This document shows, piece by piece, positions 48,282-57,391 of a stretch of DNA of 64,000 bases (position 1 is the stretch's first letter; each line of letters starts with the position of its first letter). Source of the DNA: a virus; the IMG/VR virus record IMGVR_UViG_3300023179_000026, positions 72,879 through 136,878 of that record. The stretch is one strand, 5' to 3'. The translations under genes and the position numbers were made by a program. Under the pieces are notes generated by a model. The model saw only the letters and a program-made list of their open reading frames with translations. It made no database searches and was not told the DNA's origin.

Positions 48282-48891
48282 TTTTTTTATGTAAATCATC
48301 AATAGTAGAATCATTTTCAATAACAGCATCAAATTGTAATCCACAATGGCTATATTCACTTGCATGAATTTTTGCATGTTCTAATTCATTTCTTGCTAGT
48401 GCCCATCCCATATTTTTTGGTCCTGAGTTGTATGATACTGCTGCTTCATACCAAGACGGTTCAGCACCACGCTTGACACGAACAACAATACCACCTGAAC
48501 GATGTATAGCATCAACTTCATTTTTAAAACGACAATCTGTTATAACAATGTTATCTTCAGTTTTAATCAACTTACGTTCTACGCTAGCTACCCATATTTC
48601 ATCATGAAAGTGATTACGAAATAATTCTGTGCCCCAATGTTGTAGTATCATACGTGGAGTAAGATTGGGTATACCTAAACGTTCAGCCCACCATGTATCT
48701 ACTTGTTCTCGCCATAGTCTACTCGATTTTGTTACTCCATCAAGCATTTCACGATCCCATCCAAACACAGCAGCTACTGTGTCTTTTAACGACTCAGCAA
48801 ATGAAATACGCCTAAATCCATGCTCATCAATTAAGTAACTTGCTATAGTGTCTTTACCACTGCCAATTAATCCGCAAATTCCAACAATCAT
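48229..48891 (-). CDS. deoxynucleoside monophosphate kinase (T4 gp1-like)
   Basis: GICGLIGSGKDT P-loop, SFA..LK, TPR..LQ.WGTE..R, VITDCRF.NE; ATG 48891 after GGAGG. Confidence 0.85.
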   Translation of the reverse strand: MIVGICGLIGSGKDTIASYLIDEHGFRRISFAESLKDTVAAVFGWDREMLDGVTKSSRLWREQVDTWWAERLGIPNLTPRMILQHWGTELFRNHFHDEIWVASVERKLIKTEDNIVITDCRFKNEVDAIHRSGGIVVRVKRGAEPSWYEAAVSYNSGPKNMGWALARNELEHAKIHASEYSHCGLQFDAVIENDSTIDDLHKKINSLLQDRQLSIQSVYA

Positions 48892-48911
48892 AATGCCCTC
48901 CACATAGGCGT

Positions 48912-48939
48912 ATTATGTCATACTTATTACAGATTTCAA
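48912..48939 (-). promoter_or_regulatory. possible sigma70-type early promoter
   Basis: TTGAAA-16 nt-CATAAT upstream of the dNMP kinase gene. Confidence 0.4.
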
Positions 48940-48943
48940 GTAA

Positions 48944-49573
48944 TTACGATTTTTGTATGTTCCAAGTTGCAATTTTAGATGGTACGATAACTCCTCTTGG
49001 TGCACTAAATTTACCTATATCTAATGTATCTTGCCACCATACACCATCATAGCCTAATTCTTCTGCATAAAGTGGTAATACATAATCAATCACTGAAGTT
49101 GGGGTCATTCTTGGATTTTTAGTCAATGTTTTTAGTTTATCAGTTGGTTTATACGACCCTGCTATTTTCTTAATATCGCTTTCATCATCAGCTTCAATTT
49201 TAGCTTGCTCATATGAATCATAATCTGAATAAACTTCAGAATCTAGCTCATCATCATAATAACTAACACGGTATACAATACTTGGTTCTAACAAACCACT
49301 TTTAACTGCCCATTGTTGTATTTCACTTTTAGCAGTCTTATTTAAATTATTAGCACTTAAAAATTTGTTACCACTTTTTTGTAGTACATAGGTATCCCCT
49401 GTTACAAATCCTTTTGCAATTCTTCTCCATGCATCAGGATGTGTACTTACACTTAGCCCTGCACCTTCGTAACTGCCTTCACGCTTTTTAGATGCATCTA
49501 AGTTACCAACGTGATATAATTGCTTAAAACTTTTTGTTGGTATTTTAGATTCAAATAAGTCACTAATTCGCAC
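48944..49573 (-). CDS. putative ADP-ribosyltransferase-fold protein
   Basis: LYHVG, GLSVST and GYDGVWW motifs; MRISDLFE N-terminus. Confidence 0.45.
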   Translation of the reverse strand: MRISDLFESKIPTKSFKQLYHVGNLDASKKREGSYEGAGLSVSTHPDAWRRIAKGFVTGDTYVLQKSGNKFLSANNLNKTAKSEIQQWAVKSGLLEPSIVYRVSYYDDELDSEVYSDYDSYEQAKIEADDESDIKKIAGSYKPTDKLKTLTKNPRMTPTSVIDYVLPLYAEELGYDGVWWQDTLDIGKFSAPRGVIVPSKIATWNIQKS

Positions 49574-50347
49574 TTAACCTTGTACCCAAGTTAAAGGTTG
49601 TGACCAATCTACATAACGTTTTAGCTCATCAACAAGTTCCGCAAAGCCTTCTTTAGCCTCAGCTTTCATTTGTGCACCGTTTAATGATGTGCCACCCGTT
49701 GGTCCTGCAATCGATGTAAACTTTTCTCTAGCTTCACCAATAATCATCTTACACTGACATAATGTCCAACTTATTATCCAATTCGCAATCGATGGGTCAC
49801 GTAATAGTGTAATTTCAGGTTTTTGGTTATATGTCCATAATAATAACTGTTCACCACTACCTTTAAAATTACGCACAAAACTAATTTCTTTAGTTACAGG
49901 ATTAAATGTAAAAATAACATAACCACCAAACATACGTGCAGCTAATTCTATATAACCTGCATAAAAGTCATAAGTTGCTAAACCACCTGCATAGTTATAG
50001 TTTAACAAGTATGTATTTAAAATCGCACTAGAAAATGGATCAAATGATGAAGCAGCAGGTCCTGTCTCTAAACCAACTGTTCTACGAAATACTTCACGTA
50101 CTGTAGTAACTTCTTGTGGAAGAATATAAGTATATTGATTACTTTCTACAGTGAGTAAACTATATGATTCTTCATAAGCATTTTGGGCACGTTGACGATA
50201 TGTTGCGATTGCATATTGATATGCTGCTTCATAGTGTTCAGGATCTAATTCAAGATCAATAATTCCTCCACCCAAACGCAAGCGAACATTGTTAAATAAA
50301 GCTTCTTTTTGGGTTTGTAACGGTGGTAGTACAGGTGTAACAGCCAT
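49574..50347 (-). CDS. gp13: neck protein
   Basis: RLRLGGG.ID.EL..E.....AI, FDPF, L..Y......L..R.F, K..IGEAR.KF..I.GP.GG..LNG; ATAAATA box 50373-50379. Confidence 0.8.
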   Translation of the reverse strand: MAVTPVLPPLQTQKEALFNNVRLRLGGGIIDLELDPEHYEAAYQYAIATYRQRAQNAYEESYSLLTVESNQYTYILPQEVTTVREVFRRTVGLETGPAASSFDPFSSAILNTYLLNYNYAGGLATYDFYAGYIELAARMFGGYVIFTFNPVTKEISFVRNFKGSGEQLLLWTYNQKPEITLLRDPSIANWIISWTLCQCKMIIGEAREKFTSIAGPTGGTSLNGAQMKAEAKEGFAELVDELKRYVDWSQPLTWVQG

Positions 50348-50375
50348 AATATTACTCTCTAGTTGATAGGAGTAT

Positions 50376-50561
50376 TTATTCTGTTTTACCTTCTTCTACA
50401 TCTTCCATGTACATATCACCACATTGTGGACACACAAAGCAGCATGCTTGCTGTACATAAACAAACCCATTGACATGTCCGCATTTACCTTGCAAGATAT
50501 CAAAAGTTGATTTTTCTGTATAGGTATTTAAACGCTCAACTGCATTAAAAAATTGGTTCAC
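50376..50561 (-). CDS. small Cys-rich (Zn-ribbon) protein
   Basis: CGH...CCFVCPQCG; ATGA-coupled. Confidence 0.5.
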   Translation of the reverse strand: MNQFFNAVERLNTYTEKSTFDILQGKCGHVNGFVYVQQACCFVCPQCGDMYMEDVEEGKTE

Positions 50562-50998
50562 AAATCGCCTTCTTTACGGTTTTCGCTATACCATGGATCA
50601 AACGAACCACTTGGATAACGAGATTGTAGTTTATTGACATTCTCAGCAATTACATCATTTGGGTCTAAGTCTAAAGCACGACACATATTAGTCCAATACC
50701 ATATAATATCACCAAGTTCACGCTTCATGTGAAATAAATTTTCTTCATTAAGGGGTTTACCTTGGAAACACATCTTTTTTACAATTTCCATTAGTTCACC
50801 TGATTCACTACATAATCCCATAGCTCCCGTCAGCATAAGTGGCACACTGACACTAGGTCCATGTTGATTATTTGCAAAATCAAAATTACCGTCAATAATA
50901 TCCAACCTATTCATAAATGTTGTAAGATCATTACTTGCTTCGCTAGTAACTGCTTGTACAAATTCTGTATATTTGTTTAAATCAATTTGTTTATTCAT
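50558..50998 (-). CDS. mazG: MazG-like NTP pyrophosphohydrolase
   Basis: GL.SESGEL.EIVKK..FQGK, ELGDI.WY, N..KL..RYP. Confidence 0.85.
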   Translation of the reverse strand: MNKQIDLNKYTEFVQAVTSEASNDLTTFMNRLDIIDGNFDFANNQHGPSVSVPLMLTGAMGLCSESGELMEIVKKMCFQGKPLNEENLFHMKRELGDIIWYWTNMCRALDLDPNDVIAENVNKLQSRYPSGSFDPWYSENRKEGDL

Positions 50999-51009
50999 AT
51001 AATTTCGTC

Positions 51010-51612
51010 CTATCTTATTATTCCAAGAGAAGGTGAACCTAGTGTCTTTCTACCGTCAAACATAAATCGTGGATAAAAAATATTATTCTTGTCAATATAG
51101 TGTAAAAAGAACTGAACGTGCCTTACCCCTTGAAAATTGTCTCTCCAATGTTTTAAGTATGTACCTTGATATATTATTGCATCACCTTCGTCTAAAACAA
51201 CAGGAATAACAGTTTTATTTTCAAGTTCAAGATATAAAGGCCATTCAACAAAATCTTTCTGGATACAAATAGAAACAGAATATTCACATGATTCTCTATC
51301 TACATGTGGTATTAATTTACAATTATTATAATAAATTCTTTGATAACTATAAGATTCTACAAGATCTTTTTTGACAATTTTAGATACTTTGTTTTTAAAC
51401 TTAATTAACAAAGATTCAGTAACGAATCCTCCATACCAACTGAATGATTCAAAACAATCAAGATCATTATATGGATATGGGTTATCTAATGTTGGTGGTT
51501 TTACTCGATAACAATTAGTTTCATGAAGCAAGCAAATATTTTTGATAATTTCAATTGTTTGTTTATTTAGAAACTTTTTTGTAACTTGGTATTTGTATTT
51601 TTTAAATGACAT
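51010..51612 (-). CDS. 2OG-Fe(II) oxygenase-like protein
   Basis: RIY....L..HVDR.SCEYS (HxD), GDA.IY.G....HWR, Q.FLHY. Confidence 0.8.
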   Translation of the reverse strand: MSFKKYKYQVTKKFLNKQTIEIIKNICLLHETNCYRVKPPTLDNPYPYNDLDCFESFSWYGGFVTESLLIKFKNKVSKIVKKDLVESYSYQRIYYNNCKLIPHVDRESCEYSVSICIQKDFVEWPLYLELENKTVIPVVLDEGDAIIYQGTYLKHWRDNFQGVRHVQFFLHYIDKNNIFYPRFMFDGRKTLGSPSLGIIR

Positions 51613-52770
51613 TTAATGTACTTTCAATATTATAATACTGTTTCCCATTCTCCCACTTGGAATGGTTTGTAAAGTTTTGATATTCTTAAAAAACTTTTTA
51701 GCTTCAGATTTGCCAATGTTTAATAAGTCTTTTAATTGTGTTTCAGGTTTTCTTAATGTTTTTGTTCCACTTAAATTAGTATCAAAACCAACAATCATGT
51801 TACCTTTAACAGACATTGTTTTTACATGTTGGTCTGCAATATAATAACTTAACTTACGTTTTGCTGTATCATACACCCAAATTTCTTCAGCATTAATCAT
51901 TTTAGATGGAGCAATACTTCTCAAACCTAATGTTTCATCTTTAACTTGATACTTTACATTTTTAACTAACTGTTCAGGAGTAAGTGCCTTTTTCTTTCTA
52001 GCAGGTTGCTCTGTCTTTTTAATAACAACATAACCATTTAAGTCATTGATAACCATTTCACAAAACTTAATAATGTTTTTAATTTGTGTTTTACTTAAAT
52101 GTTTGTATGCTTCAACCAAGTCTGTATCATTACCTTGGATTACTGCTTGAAATTCAAACAATTTTTTAGTCCATGCTTCAGTCAATATATTTACATGTTG
52201 CGGCAATATGTTTTTTTCTGTAAGTAGAGCAATCGTATTAGGTACTATTTTGCTCTTTGTTTGTAAGCATTCATCAAATAACCCCTCTAGTTCACCACAT
52301 ATTTCATGCGCTCTAGATTTCATAATTTCTTGTACGTTTGGTTTGTTTGATTCTTTTTTTATAACAACTTCAGGTTTTGCAGTGGTTTCTAATAATCGTG
52401 TAACTTCATTGGTTAAAATTTCTGATTCATGCTGTGTAAGCTCTAAACCACGCATATTCATTCTTGCTAACCAACATAAGGTTACCATAAACTCATTTTC
52501 ACTAACACGACTCATTACTTTTGCATGATTGGTTTGTTGTAACCACTGTAAATATTGAACCATAATTTCTTTAGCATCTTTTTTATCATAAAACCTAGAG
52601 TACCAAGTAAACGCTTTTGCTAATGCACCATCTCTAAGGTTTTCATCAGGTTGCATTACAAAATGTGGTTCATATCCATAATATTTCAAATCGGTGTCCT
52701 TTGGGGTTAAATCTGCTATCGGTGATTTCTCAGTTTGTTTTTTATTTCTCTTTGCCATATCCATATCCAA
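51613..52770 (-). CDS. hypothetical protein of a family common in T4-like phages
   Basis: WVY.T..RKL..Y.A...SVKG..I.GFD...S..KTLRKPE C-terminal pattern; start uncertain (52770, 52764 or 52758). Confidence 0.6.
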   Translation of the reverse strand: MDMDMAKRNKKQTEKSPIADLTPKDTDLKYYGYEPHFVMQPDENLRDGALAKAFTWYSRFYDKKDAKEIMVQYLQWLQQTNHAKVMSRVSENEFMVTLCWLARMNMRGLELTQHESEILTNEVTRLLETTAKPEVVIKKESNKPNVQEIMKSRAHEICGELEGLFDECLQTKSKIVPNTIALLTEKNILPQHVNILTEAWTKKLFEFQAVIQGNDTDLVEAYKHLSKTQIKNIIKFCEMVINDLNGYVVIKKTEQPARKKKALTPEQLVKNVKYQVKDETLGLRSIAPSKMINAEEIWVYDTAKRKLSYYIADQHVKTMSVKGNMIVGFDTNLSGTKTLRKPETQLKDLLNIGKSEAKKFFKNIKTLQTIPSGRMGNSIIILKVH

Positions 52771-52778
52771 TCGTACAT

Positions 52779-52815
52779 TATTTACATTAGAAACACAAAA
52801 TTATTCAGATAAATA
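52779..52815. promoter_or_regulatory. back-to-back late boxes
   Basis: Minus GTAAATA 52779-52785; plus ATAAATA 52809-52815, 8 nt before ATG 52824. Confidence 0.55.
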
Positions 52816-52823
52816 CATAAATC

Positions 52824-54689
52824 ATGCCTAAATTAAGCCTGTGGAGACCACAAAAATCAAACGATTACCAATTCTTTGATAAAACAATCAGAGAAATGTA
52901 CACCGTTGGTGGTACAGATATATATGTTCACAAATACATTGGATCAAATAATCCACCTAACGATGACCTTACTACCCCTGCTTATGATCAACTAAACCCT
53001 ACCAATATTCAAGATTTAATGTGGTTAGAAAACCGTGATAGAAAATACGATCCTAATATCTATCGCATCAGAATGCACTATAATGTTTCAAATATTGATT
53101 TTGATTTAAGTCAGTTTGGTTTATTTTTAAGCAATGATACCATATTCTTGACTGTTCATTACAATGACATGATTGATATTCTTGGAAGAAAATTAATGGT
53201 TGGTGATGTATTGGAATTACCACACTTACTAGACTATCACCCATTAAATGAAAGTATACCTACTGCTTTAAGAAGATTTTATCAAGTTACAGATGGAAAT
53301 TTTGCTAGTGAAGGATTTAGTCAAACATGGTTTCCACACTTATGGCGATTAAAAGCAGAACCACTTGTTGATAGTCAAGAATTTGCAGATATTTTACGTC
53401 AACCAACTAATACTGATAATTACTTGGGTGATTGGGATCCTACACAAAGCTACGAACCAGGCTACACTGTCCTCTACGGTGATAAAATTTATACACCAAA
53501 ACAACCTGTTCCACCTAATGTTGCTCCTCCTGATCCAATCTATTGGGAATTAAGTACTCAACAACAGCTAAATGACATTTTGAGCACATATAACAAAAAT
53601 ATTGAAATTAATAACACTAATTTAGCTGAAGCAGCAAGATTAGTACCAAAAGGTGGCTACAATCATGATCAATTATACGTTGTTCCAACTACTACAGATG
53701 GACAACCTGCGCCACCAATTAACGTAATTATTGGTTCGGAAGCACCTACACCTATTACAGGTACTATAAATTATTATAATACTTCACCATTTGTTGTAAT
53801 TGGTGCATCTGCCCGTGAAGCAATGAATAAATTAATACTAGATGCTAGTATGGATATTACTATTGATCAATTTATTAGTATGTCACTACAAGCAGTTGAG
53901 TTAGAGCCTGAACGTACTGACAATAATAGCGGAGCTATGGTTGGTGACGTAATTCTTACCGCACAGTCTTTAGGACCTGTAAGCGGACCTTATGGCACAG
54001 CAGATAACACCTATGTTAACGCAGATCAGTATCTTTGGTTTAGAGTAAAAGCATTAGGTACAACTAATGTACGTGGTTCATATATACTTACTATTGAAAA
54101 CACAACACAGGATTTAAATGATTTACTATTGTTAGAAGCTGAGGGAGCATTAGTCAATCCTTTTGCACCAAATACTAGAATTATTAATGTAATAAGTCCG
54201 TCTATTGTAGAACTAAACAATCCACTAGAAAATGAAATTGCTGATGGGCAAATTATATTGGTTTCAAGCAATTTCGACAGAATAATTACACCTGAGATGG
54301 ACTATCGTGCGGATTCTGATCCACGTTTTCAGTTTATTCGTCGAACAAGCCCACAATCATTTGGTTATATTACAGGATATCTTGCAGGTGATGGTACTGC
54401 ACCTAATGGCGAAGCAACAGGTTCAGGTATTATGTTCCCTGCTAGCCCCAAACAAGGAGATTACTTTTTACGTATAGACTATCTACCACAAAAATTATTC
54501 AGATATGATGGAAGTATTTGGGTAGAAATTAGTCAAAACGTTAGAACAGCAACAGGATTTACACTTGATGATCGTTCACAATTAAGTTCATTTATAAATA
54601 ACGATGCAGTTGTACAAACAACAGATGGAACTTTAATACCAAGTCGCCAATCATTAAGTAATGCATTACGCATTCAACCTGACGAATAG
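52824..54689 (+). CDS. gp14: neck protein gp14-like with inserted accessory domains
   Basis: DY.F.D..I.E....GG.DIY.HKY, ENRDRKYD, DLSQFGLFL, GD..ELP, W.PHLWR.K; CBM5/12-like insert WDPTQSYEPGYTVLYGDKIY. Confidence 0.65.
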   Translation: MPKLSLWRPQKSNDYQFFDKTIREMYTVGGTDIYVHKYIGSNNPPNDDLTTPAYDQLNPTNIQDLMWLENRDRKYDPNIYRIRMHYNVSNIDFDLSQFGLFLSNDTIFLTVHYNDMIDILGRKLMVGDVLELPHLLDYHPLNESIPTALRRFYQVTDGNFASEGFSQTWFPHLWRLKAEPLVDSQEFADILRQPTNTDNYLGDWDPTQSYEPGYTVLYGDKIYTPKQPVPPNVAPPDPIYWELSTQQQLNDILSTYNKNIEINNTNLAEAARLVPKGGYNHDQLYVVPTTTDGQPAPPINVIIGSEAPTPITGTINYYNTSPFVVIGASAREAMNKLILDASMDITIDQFISMSLQAVELEPERTDNNSGAMVGDVILTAQSLGPVSGPYGTADNTYVNADQYLWFRVKALGTTNVRGSYILTIENTTQDLNDLLLLEAEGALVNPFAPNTRIINVISPSIVELNNPLENEIADGQIILVSSNFDRIITPEMDYRADSDPRFQFIRRTSPQSFGYITGYLAGDGTAPNGEATGSGIMFPASPKQGDYFLRIDYLPQKLFRYDGSIWVEISQNVRTATGFTLDDRSQLSSFINNDAVVQTTDGTLIPSRQSLSNALRIQPDE

Positions 54690-54700
54690 GACTAGAACAA

Positions 54701-56323
54701 GTGGCACAGTTTTTTTATGATAAACAAGTAAGAAGATTTTTAATACAGTTTGCAAAAATCTTATCAAATTGGTATGTGGAAGATGGATATGATCCTAATG
54801 GAAATATTATCCTTAAACGTGTTCCTGTTATGTATGGTGATCAAAGTAGAAACGTTGCGAACATCATTAGTAACAATAGCCCAAGCAATTTACCAACAGT
54901 TCCACAAATTACGTATTATGTTAATGGACTAACATACGAACAAAATCGTACACAAGACCCATACTTTGTAGATAATTTATCAATACGTCAACGTTCTTAC
55001 AATAATGAAACACAAGAATTTGAAACTACACAAGGTAATGCGTTCAGTGTAAAAAGGTTGATGCCTGTACCTTATCGTTTAAGTGTAACCGTGGACTTTT
55101 GGACTAGTAATTATAACCAAAAAATGCAATTATTTGAACAACTTGGTGTATTATTTAACCCATCATTAGAAATACAGAGCACTGATAATTTCATTGATTG
55201 GACTTCGTTAAGTGTAGTATACCAAGAAAGCTTAAATTGGACAAGTAGAAGTATTCCAATTGGAACATCTAATCCAATTGATATAATGACTTGGAAATTT
55301 TATATGCCAATATGGATTTCTAGCCCAATTAAGGTACAAAAACTTGGCGTAATTTATAAAGTTATTAACAGTATATACAAAGGCACTGCATTAAGCGATA
55401 TGCAAAATGATGAACTATTATTAGGTACAAGACAAAAAGTAAGTCCTTATGGGTATCAAGTACTTCTATTAGGTAATACTTTACAAATATTACCCGCTAA
55501 CCAACCTGAATATTTACCTAATGATAATTTAGAATTACCATCTAGCCCAAATACCTCATTAACGTGGCATCAAGTTTTAAACGCATACGGAAACGTCCGT
55601 CCAGGTATCTCTATGATTACTCTTGAAAATCCATACATGGATACTGAAATAATGGGTACGATAACATACGATCCCTTAGATGATAGATTACTTTCGTATA
55701 ATATTGATGTAGATACTATTCCCGCAAATACTTTAGAACCTATTGACAGAGTGGTGGATCCACTAAGTCAAGGTCCAAACGTAGGACTACCTGTTGCAAC
55801 ATTAGGCACACGATATTTGTTAACAAATGATATTGGTGACCCAAATACTTTACAATTGCTTGTTAGTGAATCAGGTTCTTTAGCAGCAGGTGCAACTGTA
55901 ATTCAGGTAAGTGGTTTACACTTAGCTGCAAGTTCAACATGGGTAGGTAGTGTATTAACAGGAACAAATTCAAGTGGACAACGAATGTTTTCTGATGATA
56001 CTGAAATTGTTTCAATTAATTTAATAGCAAATACGATAACGATTAATAATCCAACTATTGCAATTATTCAAAACAGTGATATAATAAACACAACCACTAG
56101 AAACACTGCAAGTGCATGGGGTGATATTGTAGCGTATCAAAATGATATTATAGAATATAATGGTACAAAGTGGGAAGTTGTATTTAACAGTAGTGCATCA
56201 ACCACACCACAATGGGTTGTAAACTTGCGCACTTCTGTTCAATACAGATTTGGTCAAGAAAGTGGTTGGACTAAATCATTTGAAGGATTTTATGATCAAG
56301 GTTCATGGAACATCGTAATATAA
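54701..56323 (+). CDS. gp15: tail sheath stabiliser / tail terminator with C-terminal extension
   Basis: FFYD.Q.RRFL.QF, VPV.YG, PVPY.L......W.SN..Q..Q..EQ....FNP; GTG start. Confidence 0.8.
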   Translation: MAQFFYDKQVRRFLIQFAKILSNWYVEDGYDPNGNIILKRVPVMYGDQSRNVANIISNNSPSNLPTVPQITYYVNGLTYEQNRTQDPYFVDNLSIRQRSYNNETQEFETTQGNAFSVKRLMPVPYRLSVTVDFWTSNYNQKMQLFEQLGVLFNPSLEIQSTDNFIDWTSLSVVYQESLNWTSRSIPIGTSNPIDIMTWKFYMPIWISSPIKVQKLGVIYKVINSIYKGTALSDMQNDELLLGTRQKVSPYGYQVLLLGNTLQILPANQPEYLPNDNLELPSSPNTSLTWHQVLNAYGNVRPGISMITLENPYMDTEIMGTITYDPLDDRLLSYNIDVDTIPANTLEPIDRVVDPLSQGPNVGLPVATLGTRYLLTNDIGDPNTLQLLVSESGSLAAGATVIQVSGLHLAASSTWVGSVLTGTNSSGQRMFSDDTEIVSINLIANTITINNPTIAIIQNSDIINTTTRNTASAWGDIVAYQNDIIEYNGTKWEVVFNSSASTTPQWVVNLRTSVQYRFGQESGWTKSFEGFYDQGSWNIVI

Positions 56324-56745
56324 ATCGTATTAATAATAGCGTAGGTATATTATTTTGCGCACTAAAAACTAATAGGCATTTATTTCTACTACGTAACGAT
56401 AAAAAGATTAATACGTGGGGATTGCCTGGGGGTAAGGTGGAGCGTGGTGAAAGTTTAAAAACAGCGTTAGAGCGTGAATGCAATGAGGAAATTCAATTTT
56501 GGGTACCAAACATTAAGTTATTTCCTATTGAACAATTCACAAGCGAAGATAAACGATTTGTTTATCATACCTTTTATTCATTTATTGATAATGAATTTAT
56601 ACCAAAATTAAATCATGAGCATATTGGATATTGTTGGGTAGATATGAATTTATACCCTAAGCCATTACATCGTGGTTTATTCAATACCTTGAATTACAAA
56701 ATTATACAACAAAAAATATCATTAATACATGATGCTGTAAAATGA
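56305..56745 (+). CDS. NUDIX hydrolase
   Basis: GGKVERGESLKTALERECNEEI Nudix box. Confidence 0.9.
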   Translation: MEHRNINRINNSVGILFCALKTNRHLFLLRNDKKINTWGLPGGKVERGESLKTALERECNEEIQFWVPNIKLFPIEQFTSEDKRFVYHTFYSFIDNEFIPKLNHEHIGYCWVDMNLYPKPLHRGLFNTLNYKIIQQKISLIHDAVK

Positions 56746-56772
56746 AAAAACCCACGTAATGTGGGTTTTTTT
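56745..56772. terminator. bidirectional terminator
   Basis: AAAAAACCCAC-GTAAT-GTGGGTTTTTT between convergent genes. Confidence 0.85.
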
Positions 56773-56790
56773 GTTGGCTTATCATTATGA

Positions 56791-57312
56791 TTATTGACTT
56801 GGGATTTGGAGAATAGCCAAGTTTGAACCAGGCTGCAATGTTGCATTTGCTGCAACGAATGAAACATGATAAGCAGTTGCATTTGCCATATTACCAATAC
56901 TATTTGCATTTACATAGTCAGGAGCAAATCCTTCAGCGTGTGAATTAATAATACTGAAAATTGCCACATTAGCTGCGGATGCATCAACACCTTGAATAGC
57001 CATTTGACCTGCTGACAAGTTTGCTACATTACCATCATCTACGTTTGATAAAATGCAAATTTGTGTTCTTGCTGTATTTGCCAAATTAGCAACCAAAAAT
57101 TTTGATTTACCTTTTTGACGAACAATGTATGCATCACCTGCTGCATAAGAACCTGAACTATATTCAATGTTTGCTATACAAGCGATTGTATTACCACCAC
57201 TTACTGCACCTAAACCATTAGCACCACCAACGACACCGATATTACCCACTTCAGTTTGTGCGGGAATACCTACGTCGATATTACCTGTTTTTTGAATTTT
57301 TAGCTTTGCCAT
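56791..57312 (-). CDS. putative virion structural protein
   Basis: 173-aa A/G/N-rich ORF with own late box (57384-57390), AAGGA SD and terminator. Confidence 0.6.
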   Translation of the reverse strand: MAKLKIQKTGNIDVGIPAQTEVGNIGVVGGANGLGAVSGGNTIACIANIEYSSGSYAAGDAYIVRQKGKSKFLVANLANTARTQICILSNVDDGNVANLSAGQMAIQGVDASAANVAIFSIINSHAEGFAPDYVNANSIGNMANATAYHVSFVAANATLQPGSNLAILQIPSQ

Positions 57313-57391
57313 TGTTATTTCCTTAAGCTCGTTCTAGGAGCCATAACTACCCTATGTAATTATGAGTTCGCTTGGAACAAAAGTATTTATC

